From contig JAVCDE010000024.1 of the NCBI GenBank assembly GCA_030765185.1, positions 315,538-379,537 of the forward strand: a stretch of DNA of 64,000 bases, given 5' to 3'. The notes beneath the pieces were generated by a model. The model was not told the origin of the DNA, ran no database searches, and saw only the letters and a program-made list of their open reading frames with translations. Source of the stretch: Candidatus Aceula meridiana. GTDB taxonomy: Bacteria > Omnitrophota > Gorgyraeia > Zapsychrales > Aceulaceae. How positions within the stretch are numbered: the stretch's first letter is position 1; every line of letters begins with the position of its first letter. The position numbers and the translations under genes are program-made. Below are positions 1 to 9,709 of the stretch, piece by piece.

Positions 1-36
1 ATACCCCCCTACCCTATGTCAAGTCTGTTTTTTAAT

Positions 37-59
37 CCCCTCCTTTTTTTAAGGAGGGG
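37..59 (-). terminator. GC-rich hairpin downstream of 85..720
   Basis: cccctcctt-N-aaggagggg inverted repeat next to a T/A run. Confidence 0.45.
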
Positions 60-84
60 CATTTCCACAACTTTCTAAAATCTA

Positions 85-720
85 TTAATGATGACAACTA
101 CACTTCAAATCTTTTTTATTCTTTACAAATAACAACGGAAACGCAATATCACTCGCACAGCATGGTAGCCAAACTGCTAAAAACAAAAAAACGAAAATAG
201 AAATATACGCCAACAAGCTCAAAGGATTGCCGATAGCCATGATTACATGGAAAAGCGATGCCCATGTACTAATCAAAACATGCGCGCCGTGAGGAAATTT
301 TGTGTGAGGCCAAAAATATGCGATGCCGATACCTAAAAATGCCAAAGGATTGATCAGCCACCATCTTTCAATAAAGCCTACGTGCATTTCGCGATTTGGC
401 ATATTAAGAAGGGTCTCTCCTAGGTAAGGAATCACTGAGTCACTTAAGGTAGCAATGCCAACGGCGCCAACATATCCAATAAGAATAAGTGGTAAAATGT
501 GGCACTTTTTCCCGGACTCTGCGCATTTATGACGCCTGTACATTGCCGTCGTGGCAAGCGCGCTTAAAACAACATGCAAAGGATGCAAAACATAAAACGC
601 ATTATGCGCCATTTCCCGAGGCATGCCTTGAAAGAAAATCATTAGGGAAATGCCAAAAAGTGCACCGAATATTGTAAACGGTGCGTGGTGAGTCAACTCT
701 TCTTTAATTAATTTCCACAT
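85..720 (-). CDS. His/Cys-rich polytopic membrane protein of unknown function, possibly metal-related
   Basis: 211 aa with about 6 hydrophobic segments; HHAPF, HPLH, HGAH and CCASD motifs. Confidence 0.6.
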   Translation of the reverse strand: MWKLIKEELTHHAPFTIFGALFGISLMIFFQGMPREMAHNAFYVLHPLHVVLSALATTAMYRRHKCAESGKKCHILPLILIGYVGAVGIATLSDSVIPYLGETLLNMPNREMHVGFIERWWLINPLAFLGIGIAYFWPHTKFPHGAHVLISTWASLFHVIMAIGNPLSLLAYISIFVFLFLAVWLPCCASDIAFPLLFVKNKKDLKCSCHH

Positions 721-734
721 TTTTTAACCTTTTT

Positions 735-1391
735 TTAAAAACTAAGTTTTGTCTTAATACCCAGAACATTTGTCCCGTTCCATTCAGCGGAGGACGACTT
801 TGCTAACTGAAACATGTAAAAAAGCTCTCCCTTTACCGGACCAGCTATAGTGAACGTAACTCCTGTATAAATTCGATTGCGTGTAAACTCTGTGCTTTCC
901 GATTCAATAAAAATTTCATCTTCAATATAGGGCCGAATTTCAAATTTTGTCCATTTCCAGGGAAAACGCAAAGTTGTTTTATTGCGGTAACGAAACTTAT
1001 CTTCCATTTTCTCACCAATACGAAATTCAAAACGGCTTCTATTGGAAACATCAAAATCATCGATCTTTGTCTTTAGCGTTAGGTTAAAATGAGGACGATG
1101 CTCATAAGACCAAGTATTCTTTGACTGCGAATAGATACCGCGATAATTAACCCCAATATCTAGCCACTTGGCTAACCCAGAATAAACAATGCCGAGATCT
1201 GTATGGTTATAATAAAAATCGCTCGCATTATCTCCCCACCACATTTCATCCTCTAAAGACATTTTCCAGTTATCACTGATTTTCCAAGAGGCATTGTTGG
1301 TCTGCCAAATTTGAAAATCACCGTCATCATAAGCAAAAGCCAATGAAGCACAAATTAAAACAAAACTTAAAGTAAAAATAATTTTTTTCAT
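735..1391 (-). CDS. DUF2490-like outer-membrane beta-barrel protein
   Basis: Signal peptide (AFA), EHRP and RxRFEFR motifs, RYRNK, C-terminal Phe. Confidence 0.75.
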   Translation of the reverse strand: MKKIIFTLSFVLICASLAFAYDDGDFQIWQTNNASWKISDNWKMSLEDEMWWGDNASDFYYNHTDLGIVYSGLAKWLDIGVNYRGIYSQSKNTWSYEHRPHFNLTLKTKIDDFDVSNRSRFEFRIGEKMEDKFRYRNKTTLRFPWKWTKFEIRPYIEDEIFIESESTEFTRNRIYTGVTFTIAGPVKGELFYMFQLAKSSSAEWNGTNVLGIKTKLSF

Positions 1392-1395
1392 TTTC

Positions 1396-1923
1396 TTAAC
1401 CCTTTCCTAATAAGATTCCTAGTATTCCAGCCCCCAAGATAATAAACGCCGGATGGATTTTTGTAAACAAAAAAAGCGCAAATGCTGCAACAACAATAGC
1501 CAAGTTTTTCCACTGCAACAATTCTGACACCTGAACTGTCTGAAACGCTACCGCAATAATCATGGCAAAAACCACAAGCTGAATCATGCTAAAAGCATTT
1601 TTAACAGAAGAAGATGTTTTGTAGTGGCTATATAGATAGGTCGCGACGATGATAAGAATAACTGGCGAGAGCATATTGGCAAAATTGGCAACAATAGCAC
1701 CGGGAACCCCTGCCATCTTGTAACCGGTATAGGTGGCAAATTTAATAGATATTGCACCTGGGAAGATTTTGACAATGCCTAGGACATCAAGAAATTCTTG
1801 CTTGGTCAGCCAGCCGTAGCGCTCGACTACTTCCTTTTGGATCAAAGGCAAAAACGAATACGCTCCGCCAATGGCGAAAAGGCCAATGCGCAAAAATGCC
1901 CCAAAAATCTGAAGCAAAACCAT
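1396..1923 (-). CDS. Short-chain chromate ion transporter (CHR family)
   Basis: FLRIGLFAIGGAY, WLTxxEF and PG motifs; 175 aa monodomain. Confidence 0.85.
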   Translation of the reverse strand: MVLLQIFGAFLRIGLFAIGGAYSFLPLIQKEVVERYGWLTKQEFLDVLGIVKIFPGAISIKFATYTGYKMAGVPGAIVANFANMLSPVILIIVATYLYSHYKTSSSVKNAFSMIQLVVFAMIIAVAFQTVQVSELLQWKNLAIVVAAFALFLFTKIHPAFIILGAGILGILLGKG

Positions 1924-1972
1924 AAAACTCTCTTTGTTTAATTTATTTTATAACTCGGGATTTCTAAAAAAA

Positions 1973-3481
1973 TTATAGTTTCTGCCAAGAAACAATGTCT
2001 AAAACCCAGCTTGAATCTGCCCCAATCATGCCGGGAGGAAGATGGTTGACTGTTTCCGGAACCTGATAAATATCAGGGACATTGCTCCCCATGTCAAAGA
2101 AATTTGAAACAATAGTGCCAATAACATCTGTTTGCTTGGTAACCTTAATAGTGTCCTCTGCATAAAAAATACCCATAATATCTAACTGAGATGCTGTGCC
2201 AATATTCATAGTTCCTGGCGTCATAAAGCCCATAATATTCGTAGGATAAGAATTATTACCAGGAGTGATTAAATCGACATCTATTTGGATGCTTCCTGTT
2301 GCCAAAATAGTCCCTTTTCCTGTGTATGTAATTGTTGTGTTACCACCCTTTTTGCTCATAAGAACATCATCTCCATCAACATAAATCCGACCATCGATTG
2401 TTAAATTGCCGGATCCATCCATACTGATACTGTTGGTTCCATCCGTATAGCTAAAAGAATCATTAGGCTGTATACCGCTTAATTCATCTGTTAAAATGAG
2501 TGCATTATCATGAAAATGTTCTTGAATCGTAAGACTAGGATCATCAGGATGCGGGTCAGAAAGGCTTGGAAAAACAATATCATCTCCTAAGTCATAAGGA
2601 GCTGCTGTTCCATTGTCTGAATGAACATTAAGTGCTCCTTTGTTTCCTCCCCATCCATCTGTTACGTAGACTCCATTAACTGTTTCTTTATCAAAATTCC
2701 CTGTAGCATCAACTTCGCCAACGCTAGAATCTCCGCTTAAGCCAACTAAACCATTTTTAACGCGAAGCTCTGCATTTAATGTCTCGACGGTTTCTCCATT
2801 AAAAGTTACAGTGTCTAAGGCAGGAACTTTTGCTTTTAGCGCAGCATCTAGTCCGCTATAACTATTTTTAACAAGTTCAGCGGTTCCACCTAAGTCAATG
2901 GCATAATCTCCAGGACCTAAGCCCTGTCCTAAAATAATAACAGACCCTGCAATATTAACTGTTCCATTAATCAAGCCTCCGCTATAGCCTGTTCCGGCAA
3001 AAATAGCATTGTCCCATGGAGAAACATTTGTCATCTTGGCGTAGATTTCAATCGTTGCAGTTTCATCGCCAAAGCTCCCTTGGGAACGTACCCAGATTTC
3101 TGCATCAGAAACATTTTTTAGCCATACTGTATATGAGCCCCCGTTAAAAGTTGTGTCAATGTATGGAAAAACATAAAAATTATTTGTATCCGGAGTAACG
3201 GCATAGCCATTAATATCTGCATCCCATGCCGGAAAGCTGTCATTTAAATAATCTTGTCGAAGGTCGTAGATGGCTCTTTCAACGCCAGCTTCTGCGATAT
3301 AAAATGCCGTTGCTTCTAGCCTCTGCCGTTCGGCTGTACGAAGCTCATGAGTGGCCATGAGCATTAAGGCTGCGCCAAGCCCCAACAAAACAATAATAAC
3401 AAAATATGAGATAAGAAGAATGCTTCCCTTGTTACTTTTTAATCTCTTAAAAATTTGTGGCCTCTTATGTGTTATTCTCAT
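1973..3481 (-). CDS. PilX-like minor pilin / pilus assembly protein with long beta-rich C-terminus
   Basis: KG|SILL class III-like N-terminus, AFYIAEAGVERA motif, ends SWQKL; SD GAGGA before ATG 3481. Confidence 0.75.
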   Translation of the reverse strand: MRITHKRPQIFKRLKSNKGSILLISYFVIIVLLGLGAALMLMATHELRTAERQRLEATAFYIAEAGVERAIYDLRQDYLNDSFPAWDADINGYAVTPDTNNFYVFPYIDTTFNGGSYTVWLKNVSDAEIWVRSQGSFGDETATIEIYAKMTNVSPWDNAIFAGTGYSGGLINGTVNIAGSVIILGQGLGPGDYAIDLGGTAELVKNSYSGLDAALKAKVPALDTVTFNGETVETLNAELRVKNGLVGLSGDSSVGEVDATGNFDKETVNGVYVTDGWGGNKGALNVHSDNGTAAPYDLGDDIVFPSLSDPHPDDPSLTIQEHFHDNALILTDELSGIQPNDSFSYTDGTNSISMDGSGNLTIDGRIYVDGDDVLMSKKGGNTTITYTGKGTILATGSIQIDVDLITPGNNSYPTNIMGFMTPGTMNIGTASQLDIMGIFYAEDTIKVTKQTDVIGTIVSNFFDMGSNVPDIYQVPETVNHLPPGMIGADSSWVLDIVSWQKL

Positions 3482-3483
3482 AA

Positions 3484-4041
3484 TCAATTCCTCAACTTTA
3501 CTTGAAAGCTTAGCTGATAAGACAAAGGCGTTCCTTTAATATCAGCTGTCTGCCCGGTTAAAGCAACCTCAAGAATATCTGAAGCTGCGACTTGCCTTGT
3601 AAATTGTAAAGTTTGAACATTTTGAGCAATAACTTTTATATCTGCCCCTTTTCTTCGCAAAAGCTGTGTGCCATCCGTCCCCCCTAAACAAAAAGTAATT
3701 CTATCGCTATCCCAGACAATATTTCCACCTGAAACAGTACTTGGAATTTGAAATGTAATTGTCGTGTATGCTGCGCCGGTAGCTGGTACATCGAGGATAG
3801 AGGATGGCCCTGCTTGGATAAGGTCATACTTCATCCATTCCATAGCTTTTCTAAGTTCGCTCTGCAGTCCAATCTGAGCACTATTGACCTGCCAAGAATT
3901 TTGGCCTGCCGAAGCAGAAAGGTAAAGCGCGCCAGCAACTAATAAAAATAGCAAAACCGTTACCATAACTTCTACCAACGAAAGCCCCTGCCGATTTTTT
4001 ATTCGCTTTAAACTGTTTAACCCTATTTTTCTCTTCATCAT
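3484..4041 (-). CDS. PilW-like minor prepilin
   Basis: G|LSLVE methylation motif followed by a hydrophobic helix; ends VKLRN; SD AGGAG. Confidence 0.8.
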   Translation of the reverse strand: MMKRKIGLNSLKRIKNRQGLSLVEVMVTVLLFLLVAGALYLSASAGQNSWQVNSAQIGLQSELRKAMEWMKYDLIQAGPSSILDVPATGAAYTTITFQIPSTVSGGNIVWDSDRITFCLGGTDGTQLLRRKGADIKVIAQNVQTLQFTRQVAASDILEVALTGQTADIKGTPLSYQLSFQVKLRN

Positions 4042-4060
4042 GCGTCTCTCCTTAAAAATA

Positions 4061-4525
4061 CTATCTTTTCGCAACCATGCTTACCAAGCTTGCAATCGAA
4101 TCAATTTCATTATTTTCTTCTCCGGGCGTATCTTCTCCGGCATCTAAAGCACCGTTTAAATTAGCGTCTTCCCCGATAATTCTTCCATATTTATCTTCCC
4201 AGCAGACAACAGCTTTAACAATTAACAACTCGGCATTAGTTGAGTCAATATAAACCACTCCGGAAGAAGTAAGGTTGCTAACCGTAAACGCATTACCCGG
4301 GGTTCCGCCAGCGGCGTAATCAGCTACAATATCATCAAAGCTATGATTACGGATTTCTTCGATTTTATCTTGGGCAGCGCTTAAAGCTAAGGTTTTATCT
4401 GCAGCGATGGCTGCTGATTCAGAGGAGAAAATAAAAATTTTTAGCATGCCGACAACCACAACCGCCAAAATTGCGGCAACAATCATAAGCTCTACAAGCG
4501 TAAAACCCTGTCTACTGTTCTTCAT
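4061..4525 (-). CDS. PilV-like minor prepilin
   Basis: G|FTLVE motif; AQDKIEEIR; SD GGGAGG. Confidence 0.85.
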   Translation of the reverse strand: MKNSRQGFTLVELMIVAAILAVVVVGMLKIFIFSSESAAIAADKTLALSAAQDKIEEIRNHSFDDIVADYAAGGTPGNAFTVSNLTSSGVVYIDSTNAELLIVKAVVCWEDKYGRIIGEDANLNGALDAGEDTPGEENNEIDSIASLVSMVAKR

Positions 4526-4540
4526 CTTGTCCTCCCAAGC

Positions 4541-4666
4541 AAAAAGCCTATTCTTCTATCAATCCTTAGAATAGGCCCGGAGTTGTGTGCGTTAAGGCAA
4601 CTTCTTTCAAGGGCCTTTTACCGATTTTTAACCGGCTTCGCATCACCCCCCTCCACTTAAAGTATA
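4541..4666 (-). promoter_or_regulatory. Structured 5' leader with intrinsic terminator upstream of the pilin operon
   Basis: -10 TATACT at 4661-4666; GCCUAUUCU/AGAAUAGGC stem plus U5 just before the SD; overlapping alternative helix AGGCCC/GGGCCU. Confidence 0.55.
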
Positions 4667-4720
4667 GAACATTTTTACTTTAAAAGCCTCTTTTCCTCAT
4701 CAAGGCTTATCAGAGGGAAA

Positions 4721-5431
4721 CTAGCGATAACTTTCGTTTGTTACAATATTTCCGTTTTTATCAAAAACCTTTTCAGCGACGAGACGGCCAGTGTTATCAT
4801 ACGATTTAGCATATCCGCCCTGGTCTTGATTTGTTAAACTCCACTCATATTTTAAAGCACCGTTTCTATAATAAACTTTTCCGGCGCCGGCCTCAGAATT
4901 ATCTGTCATCCACATAGCATCTCGAAAATCCTGTTCCATGCGCAGAATTCCATCAGAATAATATTCTTTATGCGTTTGAAGCGTTCCTTGAAGGTAGGAG
5001 CTCTCGTACTTCAGCTGACCGCTGTTATAGTATTCGTATCGCATCCCGTCTCTCTTGCCTCGGCGGTAACGCTCTACACCGTGGGTATTCTTAGTCTCGT
5101 TCTTAAATTCTACTTTCCCATCCGGAATACTTTCCGTACAATCATAAACTTTGTGTTGAGTTGTTTTACATTGGGCAATTTCTTCACCATCGTCAAAAAA
5201 CCGGGCAAAATAAAAAACCCGATTAGGATCCAGATGAAGCAAAGACGTCATCTTTCCCGTCATTTTCTTTTTCGGCGCTTTCTTTTCCGGCTGAACAACA
5301 ACAGGCATCTGAACAGGAGCTGAGAGTTCAGAGTCTTTAGACGGCTGCATAATGCTCTTGTTGATATAGCTCATTAGCACAATGCCGCTAACGATAAGGA
5401 CGCCAATAATAATTCGAGATTCTTTTTTCAA
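4721..5431 (-). CDS. Membrane-anchored MORN-variant (YwqK-like) repeat protein
   Basis: N-terminal TM; repeated YYxxGxL motifs (YYNSGQL, YYSDGIL, YYRNGAL). Confidence 0.7.
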   Translation of the reverse strand: MKKESRIIIGVLIVSGIVLMSYINKSIMQPSKDSELSAPVQMPVVVQPEKKAPKKKMTGKMTSLLHLDPNRVFYFARFFDDGEEIAQCKTTQHKVYDCTESIPDGKVEFKNETKNTHGVERYRRGKRDGMRYEYYNSGQLKYESSYLQGTLQTHKEYYSDGILRMEQDFRDAMWMTDNSEAGAGKVYYRNGALKYEWSLTNQDQGGYAKSYDNTGRLVAEKVFDKNGNIVTNESYR

Positions 5432-5624
5432 AAAGTAACCTTATTTTATTCGTTTCCTATTAAACGGTTAGGTAAATTTTAACCTTAACGCATTCTAAAA
5501 AATCCTAAATAAGCTCCTAATGCTGATTTGACAAAAATCACTAACTTATAACTAGCAAATTTCGTTAAGGGCCAGTATATCAAAAAACATGTTGTTTTTC
5601 ATTAAGATTCTATATAATAACTTT

Positions 5625-6038
5625 ATGCACATTTTAGACATTACAACCCGATGTCGCGAAGAAACCGTTGACATAACCTCTGACATACAAAGATTTCTTG
5701 ATGACAATAAATTTAAATCAGGAGTGGTGGTGGTTACCTCGCCTCATACAACCGCCGGTATCACAGTCAATGAAAATGCTGATCCAGATGTCAGGCGCGA
5801 TATCCTATCGTTTTTTAAAAAAGCTATTCCTCAAAATCAAGGATTTGCCCACGTGGAAGGAAATTCTGATGCCCATATTAAAGGAAGTCTTGTTGGCTTT
5901 TCACAAACTTTTATTGTGGAAAATGGAAAGCTGCATCTTGGCACTTGGCAGGGAGTCTATTTTATGGAGTTTGACGGTCCCCGCCAAAGGCATGTTTGGC
6001 TAAAATTTCTTAGCGAAAAATTGGAACCCCAAGACTAA
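5625..6038 (+). CDS. yjbQ: YjbQ/UPF0047 family protein
   Basis: PHTTAGITVNEN, GNSDAHIK, LGTWQGVYFMEFDGPR. Confidence 0.92.
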   Translation: MHILDITTRCREETVDITSDIQRFLDDNKFKSGVVVVTSPHTTAGITVNENADPDVRRDILSFFKKAIPQNQGFAHVEGNSDAHIKGSLVGFSQTFIVENGKLHLGTWQGVYFMEFDGPRQRHVWLKFLSEKLEPQD

Positions 6039-6183
6039 AGCTGCTACACACTCTCGGTATTCTACTTCGCTCAAAATCTTTTTAGGATTATCAGACAAAG
6101 AAGGGCGAACATCCTTCAAAACAGAAAACATTTCCACGGTCCTTTGTGCTCATGTTTTCTACGGAAAAAAAGTCGTTTCTTCC

Positions 6184-6678
6184 TTATTCAATCCCAACAA
6201 TCTCAATATCAAACAATAATTCTTTGCCAGCTAAAGGATGATTAAAGTCTAAAACAACTGTTTCATCTTTAACCTCCGTAATGGTTCCATTTAAAGTTTT
6301 ACCATCCGGTGTCTGCATCTGAAGCATCATTCCTTTTTGCGGCTCTTGTTCCTGTGGCATGTTCGCCTTCGGAACTTCGGCAAATGCATCAGGGTTAACA
6401 GCACCATAGGCTTCTTCAGGGCTCACAGTAACAGTTTTCTTATCACCAACTTTAAGCCCGACAAGTTGTTTCTCTAGTCCCGGAATAATTGCTCCCTGGC
6501 CTTGCGTGTATTCTAAAGGCTCACGCCCTTCTGAAGAATCAACAATTTCACCGTTAACTTTAAGCGTGTATTCCATCTTTACCTTTTTTCCATCTTCAAT
6601 CATGACATCTGCCCCCTTTGCAATAGTTGTTGCCGCAAGCAAAAACGCCACCAGAATACCTAAGGTTATTCTTTTCAT
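6184..6678 (-). CDS. FKBP-type peptidyl-prolyl isomerase (SlyD-like) with N-terminal signal peptide
   Basis: IIPGLE, PEEAYG and DFNHPLAGKEL motifs; SD AAAGGAG before ATG 6678. Confidence 0.9.
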   Translation of the reverse strand: MKRITLGILVAFLLAATTIAKGADVMIEDGKKVKMEYTLKVNGEIVDSSEGREPLEYTQGQGAIIPGLEKQLVGLKVGDKKTVTVSPEEAYGAVNPDAFAEVPKANMPQEQEPQKGMMLQMQTPDGKTLNGTITEVKDETVVLDFNHPLAGKELLFDIEIVGIE

Positions 6679-6989
6679 GGTTTCTCCTTTTAATGAGTGC
6701 CTGATTTGTGGAACCGGCAAGCCTTAAACGACGTCAAATCAGTGCACGAATTAATCCTGTTTTTTGCAAAGCGAAAAATCAGGATACATCTTTTTTATTA
6801 ATTCTTGTTTTAATACAAATAAAAAAACGCAAGATAATCATTCTCACCTTGTAGCAAAAATTTCTTGACCTTTTAGAATAAAATCTGTTTAATTTGAGTT
6901 ATTATGCTTTATTTTATTTTTGAAGTCAAATAAAAACTAACACAAAAACAAGATACCCGCTTATCTTTCCTCTAAGAAAATTCTTAATC

Positions 6990-7352
6990 TTATTCTTTAG
7001 ATTCTACTTTATTTTCTGGAATAACAATCGAAGCCTTCTTAATCCCGCCTTTGCTGCAATATACCTTGACAAAAATAGTGTCCCCTTCTTTGGCATCAAA
7101 TGGGATGGCTTCAATAACTTCCCGAGGTTTTTGCTGTCTTCTATAATTAAAAACAACTGGATCCCCTTCTTCTTCGGTGACCCAAATTTCTTTAATATAA
7201 TGCTGATTACGATTTGTAGATACAACATGAATCATGCTTACCGTAAGAGTCTTTAATTTCATATCATAACTAAGCGTCATCTCAATCGGAGGATGAGCAA
7301 AAGCCGAGGAAGAGATCAACATAATGACTAAAAAAATAAATAATTTTTTCAT
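6990..7352 (-). CDS. Secreted protein, mature N-terminus HPP, possibly metal-binding
   Basis: Signal peptide AFA|HPP; HYIKEI and CSKGG motifs. Confidence 0.6.
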   Translation of the reverse strand: MKKLFIFLVIMLISSSAFAHPPIEMTLSYDMKLKTLTVSMIHVVSTNRNQHYIKEIWVTEEEGDPVVFNYRRQQKPREVIEAIPFDAKEGDTIFVKVYCSKGGIKKASIVIPENKVESKE

Positions 7353-7355
7353 ACT

Positions 7356-8051
7356 CTACGGAAGGACCTTTTCTCCTCTTAGAATAGGAGGTATCTCCGA
7401 CGTATCAATACGAATCCCACCATCATGCTCGATCTTTAAAGTATAAAGAATGCCTGGGATAAATTTTGTACCTGGAGCCTCAATTTGAGCATTCTTAATG
7501 CCTTCCCGAGAAGCCTTTTTCGAATTAAGCGCATAATCCCAAAACTCGCTCCAAATTTTTTCTTCAAAGGTGCTATGCGCTCCTTTGACTTTATACCCTT
7601 GCGGGATTTGATTGACCGGCGTGATAACATATTCTCTTGTGTTGGCACCGTCTAAAACAAAAACCTTCCAAAAAAGATAAACACTTTTACCGCGCAACGC
7701 ATTTCCCTCGACGATAAACTTATCAGCAAAGCGAGCCACCAAAGATTGAAATTGAATAATATTACTTTGAAATGTAAAGTAACGTGGAACAAGCGGCTGC
7801 CCCAAGCTATCAAATTCAAGAAATTTTATTGTAGTATCATGACTTTGCGTAATAGGATTATATAATACATCTGTTACTAAAACTTCGGCGATACGTGAAT
7901 CGCCTTGAAGACGCACAATCATCTGTTTTAAAATTTCTTTTTCATAAACAAGCTTCATATAGGCTTGATAGCCAAAATAAGCTATCGCTGCAATAAGCAG
8001 TAACGACACAAAAAACTTAATTCTTTTAAAAGAAACTTTTGTTTTTTTCAT
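7356..8051 (-). CDS. Hypothetical protein with N-terminal TM anchor
   Basis: 231 aa ORF closely coupled to the downstream gene. Confidence 0.65.
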   Translation of the reverse strand: MKKTKVSFKRIKFFVSLLLIAAIAYFGYQAYMKLVYEKEILKQMIVRLQGDSRIAEVLVTDVLYNPITQSHDTTIKFLEFDSLGQPLVPRYFTFQSNIIQFQSLVARFADKFIVEGNALRGKSVYLFWKVFVLDGANTREYVITPVNQIPQGYKVKGAHSTFEEKIWSEFWDYALNSKKASREGIKNAQIEAPGTKFIPGILYTLKIEHDGGIRIDTSEIPPILRGEKVLP

Positions 8052-8232
8052 CTTCTTGTGGCCTTTTATCTGTTTTGATTATTATTCTACCTCTGAAAAA
8101 TAGGGCAAGAAGGTTTATTGATGCCCGACGATGGTAGTGAATACCGAAGAATTTCTTAAGAAAAGCACTCAAGGAAGAGATACTAATTGCTGAGAAAAAA
8201 GAATATCCCCCTTAAAAGCTCAAGCGCTTGAC

Positions 8233-8358
8233 TTACTTCCCGATTTGTGAAATTCCGTAAGCAGCACCGGCTGCCATGGCTGCGCTTAAAATCACACACC
8301 CAGAATTAAAAAGTAGCACTGCCACAATAAATACCATATAGATCGCTTTTCGAAACAC
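8233..8358 (-). CDS. Small lipoprotein, 41 aa (MFRKAIYMVFIVAVLLFNSGCVILSAAMAAGAAYGISQIGK); absent from the ORF track
   Basis: AGGAGG SD, GTG start, lipobox-like NSG|C, Ala/Gly-rich helix. Confidence 0.7.
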   Translation of the reverse strand: MFRKAIYMVFIVAVLLFNSGCVILSAAMAAGAAYGISQIGK

Positions 8359-8405
8359 TGACTCCTCCTATTTTTTAAATATTATTTTATACTCTAATAA
8401 TTGTT

Positions 8406-9581
8406 TTACTCGCCACCAAACCGATATGTTGCTGATAACATTAAAGCGTAAGACCTCCAAATTACTTCATTAAGCTGTGTATCAACAACAGCTCCGTTAG
8501 AAAAATAAACCCTATCTAAACCCTTATCAGCTTTCCAAAAGTTTAAATCCCCAGTTATCCCTGCGGTCCATGAATCGTTCACCTCGTATTCAGCGCCAAA
8601 AGAAATAACCATTCCAGTCCCTTTAGTCTCATGGATATAGCTAACCGGATGCTGAAAATCGCTTCGCAAATTCCAATCAGCCTCAGCATAATAGTCTGCC
8701 CAATGATATTCAAATCTTGAAAAGCCTTTAAACTTTTCACGAGAACCAAACAATTCAATGCCGGCCCAAGGCCCCGTCCATCGCGATTGATAAGTACTGT
8801 CTAAGCCATCGAAACCCCCCGACGCTGGTATCGTCTGGGAACCATCTGTCATGCGTAAATTTTGCTCATGATGTGAATATCCCCCTAAGACTGCGACTCC
8901 TAAATCTTCTGTCAAGAAATCCTCCCATCCTTCAATAGCTCCGACCTGAAACTGCAAGCCGCCTCCTAAAGAAAAATCCATAACATTATCGCCGTTTGAA
9001 GTATTATTTGACCGTGAAAATTCCCACCCTCGGTCATCTAGATAATAATCCGAATCTTGATTCTCTCCATTTAAAATCCACCCATAGTCAAAAGAACCCT
9101 CGAGACGAAAATTCTTATTTAAAATTACTTTAGCCTCTGTACCAATTTGATAAATCCATAAATCTGACCAAGTCAACTCTGATAAAATATTTGGATTTTG
9201 TCCATTTGTATCTCCGGCGATACTCCACCGAAGGTAATCATAGCGCATACCAGAATTCATATTAAACTGAAATTCAATCCAATCTAGATCATTCTTAATC
9301 ATTTCTTTCTTATATTTTTCTCTTTCATAAACCGGCTTAATTCCCATGCCTTCACGTTTAGGCACGACAACGGAATGCGTACTCGTAACGGCAAGCGTAG
9401 AGTAGGATTTCTTTTGATTAAGTCCTTCAACACCATCAAGCATTTGATTAACTGCTTTATTTTTGGCAATTTCTCGAGAAGGTAAATATCCGCCTTGGTA
9501 ATTCGAAGCAAAAACATCACTTGAAATAAGGCAAAAAAAGACAGCTAAACCTATGCATAATATATAAATATACTTAGGCAT
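8406..9581 (-). CDS. Outer-membrane beta-barrel protein (omptin/Protochlamydia OMP-like)
   Basis: Signal peptide; ILSELTW and NQDSDY motifs; alternating aromatic strands; YRF near the C-terminus. Confidence 0.7.
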   Translation of the reverse strand: MPKYIYILCIGLAVFFCLISSDVFASNYQGGYLPSREIAKNKAVNQMLDGVEGLNQKKSYSTLAVTSTHSVVVPKREGMGIKPVYEREKYKKEMIKNDLDWIEFQFNMNSGMRYDYLRWSIAGDTNGQNPNILSELTWSDLWIYQIGTEAKVILNKNFRLEGSFDYGWILNGENQDSDYYLDDRGWEFSRSNNTSNGDNVMDFSLGGGLQFQVGAIEGWEDFLTEDLGVAVLGGYSHHEQNLRMTDGSQTIPASGGFDGLDSTYQSRWTGPWAGIELFGSREKFKGFSRFEYHWADYYAEADWNLRSDFQHPVSYIHETKGTGMVISFGAEYEVNDSWTAGITGDLNFWKADKGLDRVYFSNGAVVDTQLNEVIWRSYALMLSATYRFGGE

Positions 9582-9649
9582 ATTTTTATTTTATAGACAA
9601 AAACAACGAAGGGCAAGGTAATAAAGGGATTTTTTCAAAAAAAATAAAG

Positions 9650-9693
9650 AAAACAATAAAAGCACGCTTATATTAGCGTGCTTTTATTGTTTT
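9650..9693. terminator. Long hairpin terminating the rrf2-hcp-cupin operon
   Basis: 19-bp perfect inverted repeat aaaacaataaaagcacgct / agcgtgcttttattgtttt. Confidence 0.75.
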
Positions 9694-9709
9694 TCTGGTC
9701 ATTCTCTTA

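Noticed and set aside
4620-4655. Fluoride riboswitch (GGTGATG motif)
   Set aside because: The remaining consensus elements are not seen and the downstream genes are pilins; kept only as an unassigned leader.
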